The notes beneath the pieces are model-generated. The model was given only the letters and a program-made list of their open reading frames with translations, did not search any database and had not been told where the DNA came from. Both the position numbers and the translations under genes were made by a program. Shown here piece by piece: positions 43,774 to 53,450 of a stretch of DNA of 64,000 nt (position 1 is the first letter of the stretch; each line of letters opens with the position of its first letter). Origin of the DNA: Acinetobacter phage vB_ApiM_fHyAci03. The stretch is taken from the sequence record NC_049438.1; one strand, given 5' to 3'.

Positions 43774-44315
43774 TAGTATAAATTCTCTGAATATAATGTT
43801 CCGCCATTAGATTTGTCTCCGCCTACACGTCTAACAATTTGTTTTTGCTCGACTGCAATATGCCATGCTTCTTGGCGATCAACAAATCTAAAGTGATTTG
43901 TCACGAAGCCTTGAATTTGCTCTGGCATTTCATAAGTTCTATCGCCGAGACGATCAAGTATTTGCCATGCCAATTCGTCGAAGTGTCTGACACTTGGAAT
44001 AACAAGGTCACCAAATTTTGTTGCAGCACATACAATGCGTTCAGGCACATTTACTTCATTGCCATTAGGCAACTCATCAACATCATAATGCTCTAAACGT
44101 CTGCACTTCTCTTGCCATGCCAGATTAGCATGTGCTAAATGATTAATCTCAAACTCGTGAGCCTGTTTAAGTTTTGAAATTTCATCTTCTTTAGTAGGCA
44201 AAGAGTTGTCCACTAAATAGGTACTTTGACGTGCCATGTCCGGTTCCCAAGTATATTTACCTGCAGTGTTTAATTCTGAAAGATCTGTACCATTATCAAT
44301 CATATCATTCACCAA
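43773..44315 (-). CDS. hypothetical protein
   Basis: 180-aa ORF. Confidence 0.4.
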   Translation of the reverse strand: MVNDMIDNGTDLSELNTAGKYTWEPDMARQSTYLVDNSLPTKEDEISKLKQAHEFEINHLAHANLAWQEKCRRLEHYDVDELPNGNEVNVPERIVCAATKFGDLVIPSVRHFDELAWQILDRLGDRTYEMPEQIQGFVTNHFRFVDRQEAWHIAVEQKQIVRRVGGDKSNGGTLYSENLY

Positions 44316-44655
44316 TACATTGCTTTAAACGCTTTTGGTAGTTTGAAGACTTAAGATAACCAAATTCAATCAAGGTTTGCTCGATTGCCATTTGACGACA
44401 AGTGTGAATTACAAAAGTTGCTGCATCCATTTGTGGCTTATTACGAAGTTTCTCCAGTACAGGACGCTCACGTTCTACTGCATCATCAATATGTGTCTGA
44501 AGCATCCTGCGATGATTTTGCATATCTTCTTCTAAATCAATTCGACGTTGTTGATCAGCTAAACATCGTTTGTCCCATCCTTTGCACATTTGTATATCTT
44601 CAGCAAAAGATAAACTTGGAATAGCTAATGCTAGTGCAATCAATACAAATTTCAT
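44305..44655 (-). CDS. secreted/periplasmic protein (signal peptide)
   Basis: 116 aa. MKFVLIALALAIPSLSFA signal peptide. Several Cys residues. Confidence 0.45.
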   Translation of the reverse strand: MKFVLIALALAIPSLSFAEDIQMCKGWDKRCLADQQRRIDLEEDMQNHRRMLQTHIDDAVERERPVLEKLRNKPQMDAATFVIHTCRQMAIEQTLIEFGYLKSSNYQKRLKQCIGE

Positions 44656-44948
44656 TACATTGCTCCCAATAAGCTTGCGATAATTGCAAGGTCACCGACA
44701 CCTGCTATAGCAACAATTAGTAATAAGACTAATGCAAATGCGATAGATTTTAAAGCATTCATCACACCGATCGATATTGCAGCTATGATAAATGCAATGA
44801 ATGTTGTTACGCCCATTGTAACGAAGCCAAGTAAGTTTAGAATAACCACAAGGACTGTAATCGCAGTAGAACTCTTATAGAATACTACCATTGCAATAGG
44901 AAATATTGACAAAAATAACGCTACGATACTTCCAAATAAGAGACTCAT
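44655..44948 (-). CDS. polytopic small membrane protein (Imm-like position next to gene 43)
   Basis: 97 aa, almost entirely hydrophobic helices. Sits between the gene 42 region and gene 43, where T4 imm lies. Confidence 0.35.
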   Translation of the reverse strand: MSLLFGSIVALFLSIFPIAMVVFYKSSTAITVLVVILNLLGFVTMGVTTFIAFIIAAISIGVMNALKSIAFALVLLLIVAIAGVGDLAIIASLLGAM

Positions 44949-45256
44949 GAGGCGTCTCCTTTAAGTAAAATTAACTCGGTTGTAGTATAGTTAAGTTGAT
45001 CGATAGTGATACAAGTATCTTCCCAACGTTTAACAACATCTTGAACTTCAGCAATGACTTCGTAGTCAGATCCTGGATAGTTGTCCCAATCTTCTGCACG
45101 TCGAATCGGTTCATCACTAAATGCAGTAATAGTTCCATCTTTGTCGACTGCTACATGAGCAGCCCATTCTGGCAAGTATACTGTTACGGGACCAGATTTT
45201 TCAGAACCTGAGATTAGTGTAACATTTAACGCATGCGGATAGTAAGTAATTTTCAT
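44945..45256 (-). CDS. hypothetical protein
   Basis: 103-aa ORF. Confidence 0.4.
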   Translation of the reverse strand: MKITYYPHALNVTLISGSEKSGPVTVYLPEWAAHVAVDKDGTITAFSDEPIRRAEDWDNYPGSDYEVIAEVQDVVKRWEDTCITIDQLNYTTTELILLKGDAS

Positions 45257-45310
45257 GACGATTTCCTCATTAGGAATAATTATTTGATAGAGTTATTATA
45301 CTAACAAAAA

Positions 45311-45338
45311 TAGCGAAAGTAAAACAAAACTTTCGCTA
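45311..45338 (-). terminator. 10-bp hairpin (TAGCGAAAGT…ACTTTCGCTA) followed by TTTT
   Basis: Perfect inverted repeat with an 8-nt A-rich loop. The -10 of a probable promoter follows. Confidence 0.5.
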
Positions 45339-45344
45339 TTTTAA

Positions 45345-45647
45345 TCATTTGCCGTAACGATTTACGAAATGTTCTACCATGTTGTCTGCAATAGTCGCAG
45401 CTGATGAAGAAACTCCATCGCATCCACGAAGGACACCGCTATTTGGCAGATATGCCAATGCACAAGCCTTCCAGAATTCACGTTTCTCTAATTCTGTGAT
45501 TGCAGGAGTAGGTGTACTAAAAAGCTGGTATTCACGAGCTTCATCCACCGATACAGTAGTTCTACATTTAGTACAACGAACTTTAGGTGGACTACTTAGC
45601 AATACTGCGTCGAAATTAAATTCATGATTGCATAATAAACTGTTCAT
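45345..45647 (-). CDS. hypothetical protein
   Basis: 100-aa ORF. Confidence 0.4.
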   Translation of the reverse strand: MNSLLCNHEFNFDAVLLSSPPKVRCTKCRTTVSVDEAREYQLFSTPTPAITELEKREFWKACALAYLPNSGVLRGCDGVSSSAATIADNMVEHFVNRYGK

Positions 45648-45680
45648 AACTTACCTCTAGAGGGCATAGAGCCCTCGTTT

Positions 45681-46853
45681 TTAAAAGTCAAATAAATCTT
45701 CTAATGAAGAACGTTTTTCTGCTTGCATACCTGCAGATTCACACATACCTTCCAAAGGTTTCTTATATGTTTTTGTAAACAATGACATAACGTCAATATG
45801 TTTTAAAACATCTTCACGAATTTCTTTTGGAAGTTCGTTACCTGATGGCCATGCAATAACTTTGTCGCCGAATGGATTTCCAGGTTTCAAAGGCAAGATC
45901 ATAACTTTATCACCTTCACTAATATCCGGTAAGTTATCGAATGCCTTAATTGCACGTCGATACGTCAAAACACCACGAATATGACTAGGACATTTCAATC
46001 CAGGGAAGCCATTATCATCATATTTTGCAATGTTATTTGCAGTTCTTACACCTGCAATAACTTTGTAATCAAGATTTCTAAATTCATTTTCAAATTTCTT
46101 GAAATAGTCTTGAAGTGGCTTTTCACCTTCTTGGAGCATAATACGAATACTTTCTAACAATGCATCTTTGACCGCTTTAGGTGTAGATGATTGTTGAGTT
46201 TCCATGCCCATGATTTTCAAGTATGGCTCTTTAAAACGAGTACCTTCCATGTCATACACATTTAATGCATAACGTTTCTTAGCTCGCCAGAATCCACCAA
46301 TACCGTTTGAACCGAGTGGTGGACATGCAATTGCTTCGCGATCCATGAACATTAATTGCTCATAGTTGTTAAGATATTCGCACAGTTCTTGGAAGCCTGC
46401 ATTAATAACTGGTTCGATTTTCTTTGAACCTACTGCATCTAAGAAGTCAACTAATTTTTCAGTTGATGCAAATTTTTCAATGCCAACTTTATCAATGAGT
46501 GGACTCAATTCAATATACAATGAATCTGTATCACCATAAATTACATACGGATGATTAGTTGTTCCACACATTTCATTAAGGTATGCATTAATTTTTCGTT
46601 CTGTCCATTGAAGGACCAATTGTCCGAAAATAGTAATCGCTTCTGCATTACGAAGATCGTAAAATCTAAAGTAGATATTGCCGAGTGCACCATATAATGA
46701 ATTAATCAATAATTTTCGATTAATTTGATTCGTATCACACAAAACAATATAGTTTTCACATTCATGCTCAAGTTCAAGCAATTCTTCTTGTGAAAGTGTT
46801 TTGAGATATTCGATTTCGGATTCAGTTAAGTCACGACTAAAATCTAATTTCAT
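45681..46853 (-). CDS. 43B: DNA polymerase gp43, C-terminal fragment (43B: fingers/palm motifs B and C, thumb)
   Basis: 390 aa. Motif B KLLINSLYGALGN. Motif C VIYGDTDSLY. Confidence 0.85.
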   Translation of the reverse strand: MKLDFSRDLTESEIEYLKTLSQEELLELEHECENYIVLCDTNQINRKLLINSLYGALGNIYFRFYDLRNAEAITIFGQLVLQWTERKINAYLNEMCGTTNHPYVIYGDTDSLYIELSPLIDKVGIEKFASTEKLVDFLDAVGSKKIEPVINAGFQELCEYLNNYEQLMFMDREAIACPPLGSNGIGGFWRAKKRYALNVYDMEGTRFKEPYLKIMGMETQQSSTPKAVKDALLESIRIMLQEGEKPLQDYFKKFENEFRNLDYKVIAGVRTANNIAKYDDNGFPGLKCPSHIRGVLTYRRAIKAFDNLPDISEGDKVMILPLKPGNPFGDKVIAWPSGNELPKEIREDVLKHIDVMSLFTKTYKKPLEGMCESAGMQAEKRSSLEDLFDF

Positions 46854-46874
46854 ATAAACTCCAAATTGATGGGA

Positions 46875-47039
46875 TTATTCTATAACATCATAATCAACTG
46901 ACACTATAGCTTTAATTGTTAGTTCCTTTGAACAGGATTCGCAATTGACTTTGAATTCTTCATCGGCATGTCTCCAATGCTCAAAGTAATCGGACGTGTC
47001 AAGTTCAGAATTGCAGTGTGGGCAGTATATTTCAAACAT
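46875..47039 (-). CDS. small zinc-ribbon protein (54 aa)
   Basis: MFEIYCPHCNSELDT…VNCESCSKEL… has two CxxC pairs. Lies immediately upstream of 43B. Absent from the ORF track because it is under 60 aa. Confidence 0.35.
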   Translation of the reverse strand: MFEIYCPHCNSELDTSDYFEHWRHADEEFKVNCESCSKELTIKAIVSVDYDVIE

Positions 47040-47149
47040 TTCTATGCCTCAAAAGGGATATGACAATTATATCATATCCCTTATCAAAAGCTTAACTATA
47101 ATTCAGATTGTATAATGTAATACGAATCACTTTAGGCGTACGTTTATAT

Positions 47150-47368
47150 TCAAAACATCGCATTGATAACTTCGGCGCCGGCAATTACAGGATTTTTAAA
47201 CATGATACAACCTGTAACAAATCCGGCTAAAAACAACACAGGAATACAGATTAATAGGGCTACAAAAACTCGATACCACAAGCTAACGTATTCACCAATT
47301 GATTCACAATTTTCATTTGCTACTTTAATTTGTTCGAAGATATTCATAGGCCTAACTCCCACAGGCAT
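47150..47368 (-). CDS. small membrane protein in polymerase-splitting insert
   Basis: 72 aa. Hydrophobic core. Confidence 0.35.
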   Translation of the reverse strand: MPVGVRPMNIFEQIKVANENCESIGEYVSLWYRVFVALLICIPVLFLAGFVTGCIMFKNPVIAGAEVINAMF

Positions 47369-47661
47369 TGGTTTAATAACTGATTGATTGAACGTTCGTT
47401 ATGTATAGATTCATTAAGAAGCTGTGCTATAACACGATAATCTGTTTCACTATTGCATCGAGCGTTAAGAATTGTTTGTGCATTTGTGCGACACATATCA
47501 AACGTTTTGAAGAAACTGTCATAACGAGGCAAACGAATTGCATTTAACACATTAGGTTTCCAAACAACATTGAACTTGCCATTGACTTCATCAATAAAGA
47601 ACAACATAGTTTCAATAGATTGAGTATATGTGTACTCTTCGGGCGATGTATAAACTCTCAT
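47344..47661 (-). CDS. hypothetical protein in polymerase-splitting insert
   Basis: 105-aa ORF. Confidence 0.4.
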   Translation of the reverse strand: MRVYTSPEEYTYTQSIETMLFFIDEVNGKFNVVWKPNVLNAIRLPRYDSFFKTFDMCRTNAQTILNARCNSETDYRVIAQLLNESIHNERSINQLLNQCLWELGL

Positions 47662-48002
47662 CGACTTACCTCTGCATCAAAATCTACAAATTTAGCTCTA
47701 CATTCATGATAGACACTATGCATTAAATCTAACACTCCATAATTGAATTGAGAATTTTCTGATTTCCCAAGCAGAGCTCGGGAGCGTGCCGCTATTTCTG
47801 AATTTATAAATTCTAGAACTTCTTTACCTTGTGGATATCGTAACATCTTAGGCACGAATTGTGCGTCAATAGTAATATTACATCTGCCTCTTAACACAGT
47901 AGCTATAAATGGATAATATTCTATCCAATGCTCGCCTGTCGAGCTTGATATTACTCTATTTTGTCCATACATAATAACCTCGTAATATATCAAATTAATC
48001 AA
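47658..48002 (-). CDS. hypothetical protein in polymerase-splitting insert
   Basis: 114-aa ORF directly downstream of repeat copy B. Confidence 0.4.
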   Translation of the reverse strand: MINLIYYEVIMYGQNRVISSSTGEHWIEYYPFIATVLRGRCNITIDAQFVPKMLRYPQGKEVLEFINSEIAARSRALLGKSENSQFNYGVLDLMHSVYHECRAKFVDFDAEVSR

Positions 48003-48133
48003 ATCATCTAATTTCGGCGCACAGCGCCGGCTGCGCAGCAGCTATTCTGTACCGAACGGCAGATATAATTAGAGCGGTGAACCGGTAGAACCATTATAAC
48101 ATCAAAATTTTGCAAAGCACTCGTGTGCTTTAC
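47991..48133. repeat. copy B of the ~130-bp inverted repeat, located inside the insert that splits gene 43
   Basis: Reverse complement matches copy A. GC hairpins CGGCGCACAGCGCCG (48015..48029) and GCTGCGCAGCAGC (48030..48042). Confidence 0.8.
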
Positions 48134-48167
48134 GAATATAGATCATTTTATGAACACTCAAACCAAA

Positions 48168-48395
48168 TCATAACAATTCTTGGATTCTTCTAGATTTATA
48201 CTGCATAAGTTCGGTACGTGTCATTCCTGAAGTGTCCTGTTCACACTGCGCGTTAACTGTTTTAATCATAATGAGGGTATTATGATTTATATTATCTATA
48301 GGAAGTTGTCGGCAGTGTGTGTCTGACATAACTATTCTGCATGGATATTGCTTTGCGATATCTCTAATACTTTCATAATATTGCTTAAGTGACAT
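48168..48395 (-). CDS. hypothetical protein in polymerase-splitting insert
   Basis: 75-aa ORF. Confidence 0.35.
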   Translation of the reverse strand: MSLKQYYESIRDIAKQYPCRIVMSDTHCRQLPIDNINHNTLIMIKTVNAQCEQDTSGMTRTELMQYKSRRIQELL

Positions 48396-48419
48396 ATCAA
48401 ATCTCCATAGATTTTAGAA

Positions 48420-48453
48420 TAATTATATCATAATCAAAAAGCAAAGTAAATAT
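48420..48453 (-). promoter_or_regulatory. early-type promoter upstream of 48168..48395
   Basis: ATTATA at 48422..48427 and GTAAAT at 48446..48451. Confidence 0.45.
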
Positions 48454-48466
48454 TTTAGACAAAAAT

Positions 48467-48488
48467 AAAGGACCCATTTGGGTCCTTT
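48467..48488 (-). terminator. terminator hairpin (AAAGGACCCA-TT-TGGGTCCTTT) inside the polymerase-splitting insert
   Basis: Near twin of the 17155..17177 hairpin. Confidence 0.55.
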
Positions 48489-48501
48489 AGATAAAATGAA
48501 A

Positions 48502-48858
48502 TTATACAACGCTATACATTGTAACCGCAATAGGTAGAATTTCATTTGTCAATGTATTAAGGCTACCTTCAGTGATAGGAGTTCCTTGGAAACGATGAAC
48601 GATACGTTCAATTTCAACAACTTTTCGTTTATTAGTTTCTCGATCACGTGGATCAATTACCAATTTGATATTATCATCTTTAAATTCCAGTGCAAGGATC
48701 CCGAGAGTAATTTTTGCATCTAACGAGCGTGTAGAACGAGTATCAATTACTGGAGCTGCTGTGTTAAATTGTAATTTAGATTGCTGGATCATAATATCTC
48801 TACGTACTTTGTAAGTTGATAGGATTATTATATCAATAACCCTATCACATGTAAACAA
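48502..48858 (-). CDS. hypothetical protein in polymerase-splitting insert
   Basis: 118-aa ORF. The real start is probably the internal MIQQSK… at about 48792. Followed by a terminator at 48467..48488. Confidence 0.35.
   Translation of the reverse strand: MFTCDRVIDIIILSTYKVRRDIMIQQSKLQFNTAAPVIDTRSTRSLDAKITLGILALEFKDDNIKLVIDPRDRETNKRKVVEIERIVHRFQGTPITEGSLNTLTNEILPIAVTMYSVV
48825..48858 (-). promoter_or_regulatory. early promoter with PeSL dyad (GATAGG…CCTATC) immediately downstream of 43A
   Basis: ATTATA at 48827..48832 and GTAAAC at 48851..48856. Confidence 0.6.
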
Positions 48859-48859
48859 A

Positions 48860-50368
48860 TTATTTCATTAATTTTTTAATCACTTCGGCATTACGCTTTG
48901 CAGCCATCATTTTCTTCTTCCATTCTTTACGTTGGAAGAACACTTTAGTAATTTCTTGTGGAATGATACCTTGCTTTGTCTTCGAATACATCATACCGCT
49001 TGGCGAGCATGAGAATTCATTTGAAGGACTCGGTGCAATCTTATTAATGAAATCACTAAGTTTAGGCGGTGCAAATTGTCCTGCAATTGTTTCTGGGCTA
49101 ATGTTTACCTGGCGAATGATTGACGGATACAGAGATGTTACGTCAAACGACAAAACATATTTGTACGCACCAGGCACAGGGTTTTTAACATATGCGCCTT
49201 CATACGGTTGTCGAACATTTGGCTTAGCTTCCGGTAAAACTAAGTGCTCGGCTTTTAATGAGTTGAAGATAATTGCATCCCAAGTTTTCACAGGACTCAT
49301 TACTGTTGCAATATTCATTCGAGCGTAATAGCCCATTGAAATTGACAGGTTGATAAATCCTCGTTTTGCGTCAATTGCTTGTACACAGTACACATCGACA
49401 ATGTTATATGAAATATAACGCTGGTGGTTTGATTCACGTAATTTGTCGATTGGCCCATCATATTCTAATTTGTTGATGCCAGCTTCATATTCTGCAATAT
49501 AATCGAGTTTATATGATGGCTGTGAAGTAAACGCAAACTTTTTGTATAAATCCATGTAATCGAGAATCATGATTCCAGAAATATTGAAAATTTCTTTATC
49601 TCCATACATGTTTTGAATGACTTTTGACGTTACTTTACCAAAAGGACTTAAACGTTTCATGTTCGAGACGCCAAGAACGTTTTTGATACGATTTACAATA
49701 TATGGAATATCAAATCCTTCAACGTTCCAACCGGTGAAGATGACAGGAGTTTTTTCTTCCCATAAACGAATGTATTCTAACAGCATTTCCTTTTCTGTTT
49801 CGAATGGCATATACACAACTTTATCTAAAATATGTTGTGGAACTTCATCGCCGCCTTCATCAATTGATTTGCCTGCAAGAACCGGATCCCACTTTGAAAC
49901 ACGTCCACGTTGAGAGTTCAACAAGTCAAACACGTAGTATTTGTCATCAATAGAATCATAGTGTGTAATTGCATCAATTTCATATTTTGCAAAAGTCGGA
50001 TTCGGGAACTCTCCTGCTGTTACCTCGATGTCACAGTTTGCAACACGAATTGCATTTCTGTTATATGTGATGTCCTTTTTTCCATACACATCAGAAATAT
50101 ATGCAAGTTTGAAGTCATCCATACCTAAAATTTCTACAATTCCACGTGTCTTTTGCATCCAGTCTTTAGCCTCACGAATGGAGCTAAAACGTTTAGGAAT
50201 ACATGGCTTGCCATAAATGTCTTTATATTTTGATTCAACGCCTTCTTTGGCATGAATGAACAATGTAGGCTCATATGGAATTTCACGAACTTTTTCGACG
50301 CCATTTTCCACATAACGCTCTTGAATAAGGTCACCAGATTGTTCAACTACTAGATAGAAATTATCCAC
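48860..50368 (-). CDS. 43A: DNA polymerase gp43, N-terminal fragment (43A: N-terminal, 3'-5' exonuclease, motif A)
   Basis: 502 aa. Exo I …CDIEV…. Motif A …FDVTSLYPSII…. Ends between motifs A and B. Confidence 0.85.
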   Translation of the reverse strand: MDNFYLVVEQSGDLIQERYVENGVEKVREIPYEPTLFIHAKEGVESKYKDIYGKPCIPKRFSSIREAKDWMQKTRGIVEILGMDDFKLAYISDVYGKKDITYNRNAIRVANCDIEVTAGEFPNPTFAKYEIDAITHYDSIDDKYYVFDLLNSQRGRVSKWDPVLAGKSIDEGGDEVPQHILDKVVYMPFETEKEMLLEYIRLWEEKTPVIFTGWNVEGFDIPYIVNRIKNVLGVSNMKRLSPFGKVTSKVIQNMYGDKEIFNISGIMILDYMDLYKKFAFTSQPSYKLDYIAEYEAGINKLEYDGPIDKLRESNHQRYISYNIVDVYCVQAIDAKRGFINLSISMGYYARMNIATVMSPVKTWDAIIFNSLKAEHLVLPEAKPNVRQPYEGAYVKNPVPGAYKYVLSFDVTSLYPSIIRQVNISPETIAGQFAPPKLSDFINKIAPSPSNEFSCSPSGMMYSKTKQGIIPQEITKVFFQRKEWKKKMMAAKRNAEVIKKLMK

Positions 50369-50446
50369 GTTATCTCCTTGGTAGGGTATTTTGTATCATT
50401 ATAACACCACAAAAGAGGAAGCTAACTCCCTCTTTTATTTTAAAAA

Positions 50447-50680
50447 TTACTTAGATTCAACAACTGTAGTCTTTGTCATTTCTTCGCGAGGTATCCAAGT
50501 GTTCTTGTCGGTTTTGACATAACATCCGGTGATAAAACTATATTTGGTTTGACGACCTGTAATAGATTCATAACTGTTACATTTAACATAACCACTTACC
50601 GTATTGTATGTTAAGCCTACTACAACAATAACACAGACGATAATAACAGAGAATACGAGTTCAGTTAAATTATTACTCAT
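50447..50680 (-). CDS. small membrane protein
   Basis: 77 aa. N-terminal TM. Confidence 0.35.
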   Translation of the reverse strand: MSNNLTELVFSVIIVCVIVVVGLTYNTVSGYVKCNSYESITGRQTKYSFITGCYVKTDKNTWIPREEMTKTTVVESK

Positions 50681-51063
50681 TATGCACCTACGACATATTT
50701 TGATTTAAGAGTCCACTCAGCTTTCTGTGCAGCTTTGATAACACGGAAATTGTTAGTAACTTCAATTTCAGGTGGGACATATTCAACCTCAATAAGCCCC
50801 CATGCTTCAAGTGTCTTAGCGATAGAAACGGTACGTTGAACATCTTCATCACTAATATTAACTACTTTACCGTCGAGGCGCATCATATCTTTAAAATGAA
50901 CGATGTACATTTGATCAGCGCCAGTTTGCGGAGACTGCTTCTTCAAAATATGGCAGGATTGATAAAGTACTTTATCTCGTTGGTTAGCGATACCCATACG
51001 AGTCAAAGTTTCTTTAACTTTAAGAAAATTTTCTGGGTGTACCAATTTAATAGGGATCATCAT
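50680..51063 (-). CDS. regA: translational repressor RegA
   Basis: 127 aa. …ENFLKVKETLTRMGIAN…DKVLYQSCHIL… and …TNNFRVI… match T4 RegA. Confidence 0.85.
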   Translation of the reverse strand: MMIPIKLVHPENFLKVKETLTRMGIANQRDKVLYQSCHILKKQSPQTGADQMYIVHFKDMMRLDGKVVNISDEDVQRTVSIAKTLEAWGLIEVEYVPPEIEVTNNFRVIKAAQKAEWTLKSKYVVGA

Positions 51064-51629
51064 AGCTGCTTCAACTCTTTAATTTCTTTAGGATTTTTAG
51101 TGATAGATTTAAGGAATTCATCTGTTGCTAAAGCTTTAGCCTCTCTAAGAACTGTTTGCAATTTGCCTTTTCGTTCAAGTAATTGACGATAGTTGTAGGC
51201 AACCTGTGAATTCACTTTATAGTAAGCCATAAGAAGCTTGAGTATGTATTGATCTTTAATGCTTTCATCTAACTTTAGTGATTTAGAAAATCGTCGTCCA
51301 TACGGAATAAGGTTCATCAAATAATTATGATGCACTTGATCTGGCAATGAACTTAACATTAAATTAGCATTGTACACAGTAGTCAAGCAATCCATATGCT
51401 GGCTTAACATATTATCAATCATGAATTTTGAATAGTTTTCAAATTGACTGACATTCAATTCACCCTTTACAGAGTTGATGTTATTAAGAATCACAAAGAG
51501 TTCATTTTCAGGTTTCTCTTTATATTCTTCAATAAGTTTTTTAACCATGTCCCAGTCTTTATTAGCCCAGGCTGCCTGATGCGGATTTAGAACTTCCTCA
51601 TCATCGTCAAATAAACATATCATGCTCAT
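51060..51629 (-). CDS. 62: clamp-loader subunit gp62
   Basis: 189 aa, collinear with T4 gp62 (…HQAAWANKDW…, …FMIDNMLSQ…, …ERKGKLQTVLRE…). Confidence 0.75.
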   Translation of the reverse strand: MSMICLFDDDEEVLNPHQAAWANKDWDMVKKLIEEYKEKPENELFVILNNINSVKGELNVSQFENYSKFMIDNMLSQHMDCLTTVYNANLMLSSLPDQVHHNYLMNLIPYGRRFSKSLKLDESIKDQYILKLLMAYYKVNSQVAYNYRQLLERKGKLQTVLREAKALATDEFLKSITKNPKEIKELKQL

Positions 51630-51690
51630 TTTAATTTACTCACTTAAATTTTAAGGCTATTATATCACATAATAGCCTAAATTGATAACC

Positions 51691-52671
51691 TTATTTTACC
51701 CATTTCATCTCTTTGAGGAGTTGAACGAATAAGTACATCAAATGAATTTCTGGATTTGCTGCAATCCCATGCATTTGATTGTTTTCACCTACAAGTTCAT
51801 ATAAACGAAGAACCGAAACACGATCTACGCGGGTGTATAACTCATCAATAAGTTTCTCAATGAATACTGCATAATCCGGTGCATATTTCTTTGCAAGCTT
51901 GCGAAGTTCTGCAAATTCACCTTTTTGTCCATTTGCTCCTAACGCAGTTATAACGTCATCAATCGAACTTCGAGATTCCATGACCATAGACAGAATGCCT
52001 TGATCAATAATACCATTTGTTGAATAGTGGTCTAAATCACTAATTGTTTTACGAAAATCTGGGAAGTTTTTCTTGACTAATGCTGCAATAACAGTCGGAG
52101 TTTCGACTTTAATGTTTTCATTTTTGCAGATTTCAATGCAACGAACTACCATTTGACGCATCATATTTGTTACGTCTTCACCTATCGGTGCACCGAACTT
52201 AATGACCTTTGCACGAGATTTTATTGGGCGAGAGATGCCATCGAGATTGTTTGCGGTAATAATCACAGAACAATTCTTTGCATAAGCTTCCATGAATGAA
52301 CGCAAGTATCGTTGTGCTTCAGCTAATTGAGGTCTATCAAACTCATCAAGAATAATGACCTTTGGCTTACCTTCAATTGATTTTGATGTTGCAAACCGAG
52401 TTAATTCATTTTTGACAAAGTCGATGCCAATACCTGAACCATTGACAAAAATATATTCTGCACCAATGTCATTACACAATGCCATAGCTACGGTAGTTTT
52501 ACCAGTCCCAGGAGAATTTGATTGAAGGACTAGATGTGGCAGTTTGCCTTTAGCCACTAATCCTTTGAAAATATCTTTATCTGCTTGAGGTAAAATACAT
52601 TCATCCAAAGTAGTTGGACGATATTTTAATTCAAACATATGTTCACGTTCATTAACTGATAAAGCTGTCAT
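51691..52671 (-). CDS. 44: clamp-loader ATPase gp44 (AAA+)
   Basis: 326 aa. Walker A …SNSPGTGKTT…. Walker B …ILDEFD…. Confidence 0.85.
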   Translation of the reverse strand: MTALSVNEREHMFELKYRPTTLDECILPQADKDIFKGLVAKGKLPHLVLQSNSPGTGKTTVAMALCNDIGAEYIFVNGSGIGIDFVKNELTRFATSKSIEGKPKVIILDEFDRPQLAEAQRYLRSFMEAYAKNCSVIITANNLDGISRPIKSRAKVIKFGAPIGEDVTNMMRQMVVRCIEICKNENIKVETPTVIAALVKKNFPDFRKTISDLDHYSTNGIIDQGILSMVMESRSSIDDVITALGANGQKGEFAELRKLAKKYAPDYAVFIEKLIDELYTRVDRVSVLRLYELVGENNQMHGIAANPEIHLMYLFVQLLKEMKWVK

Positions 52672-52701
52672 AATATTTCTCTCTAATTCAATTCAAAGGA
52701 T

Positions 52702-52717
52702 TGGGCCCGAAGGCCCA
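52702..52717 (-). terminator. terminator hairpin with UUCG loop (GGGCC-UUCG-GGCCC) between genes 45 and 44
   Basis: Plus strand reads TGGGCCCGAAGGCCCA. Confidence 0.5.
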
Positions 52718-52722
52718 TACAA

Positions 52723-53412
52723 TTAAAAGTTATGTGTAGACCCATCTTCTACTGAAAGTACATAACTTGATTGAGTGCCAGCAAATTTAACTGCAAACTT
52801 TTCACCAACAGCCCATAACTTAACTCTATAATCATCTGGCAATAATTTCATGTTTTGAATATGAAGAATGAATTTGAATTCTTTATCACCAGTATAATCT
52901 GCAACATCGAATGTTGATAATGGCTTTTCAAAATTAGGATCAATTTCTTTGTTGTATGTTTTGAATACAACTTTGCCATTTGCATTTTCGATTGTTAGAG
53001 TGGTTGCACCGAGTCCGTGAGAGATTTTCATCAATTGTTTGTAATCGTCACCGCTAAGATCAAATTCAACCGATGCTTCTGGGAATTTAATCGCTTTCTT
53101 TGGATAAACAATTGCTGATGGATCTGCTGCCGGCCATGTAATAACTGAACGTTTGCCTTTAATAAGAATTTCATCGCCGTTTGATGTGATTTCTGAATCT
53201 TCACCGGATAGAGATAAAATACCTAAGAATGCATTCAAATCATAAATTGCAACGTTAAATTCAATTTCTTCACCTGGAGGCAATGTAGTTTCACCATAAG
53301 TTGCACCGGATGCAGAACGGGTCATTACAAAATCGCCGGCTTGAAAGTAAATTCCTGAGTTAATTGTTGCAAAGTTTTTAAGGATTGACACAAACTGTTT
53401 AGAAAATTTCAT
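52723..53412 (-). CDS. 45: sliding clamp gp45
   Basis: 229 aa, collinear with T4 gp45 (…LKNFATINSGI…, …WPAADPS…, …LWA.G…KF…). Confidence 0.85.
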   Translation of the reverse strand: MKFSKQFVSILKNFATINSGIYFQAGDFVMTRSASGATYGETTLPPGEEIEFNVAIYDLNAFLGILSLSGEDSEITSNGDEILIKGKRSVITWPAADPSAIVYPKKAIKFPEASVEFDLSGDDYKQLMKISHGLGATTLTIENANGKVVFKTYNKEIDPNFEKPLSTFDVADYTGDKEFKFILHIQNMKLLPDDYRVKLWAVGEKFAVKFAGTQSSYVLSVEDGSTHNF

Positions 53413-53450
53413 AATTACCTCTTAATTGTCTTTAAAATTATATCACATCA

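Noticed and set aside
47052-47081. AAGGGATATGA…TCATATCCCTT hairpin with TATAAT in its loop, upstream of the Zn-ribbon ORF
   Set aside because: It looks like a PeSL -10 stem-loop, but no GTTTAC-like -35 sits at the right distance, so it was not called as a promoter.
45681-50368. Intein or group I intron as the cause of the polymerase split
   Set aside because: Neither polymerase fragment contains the intein splicing blocks (C/S…HN-C/S/T) at the break. The insert carries its own promoters, terminator and several small ORFs, and lacks the conserved group I P-helix sequences.
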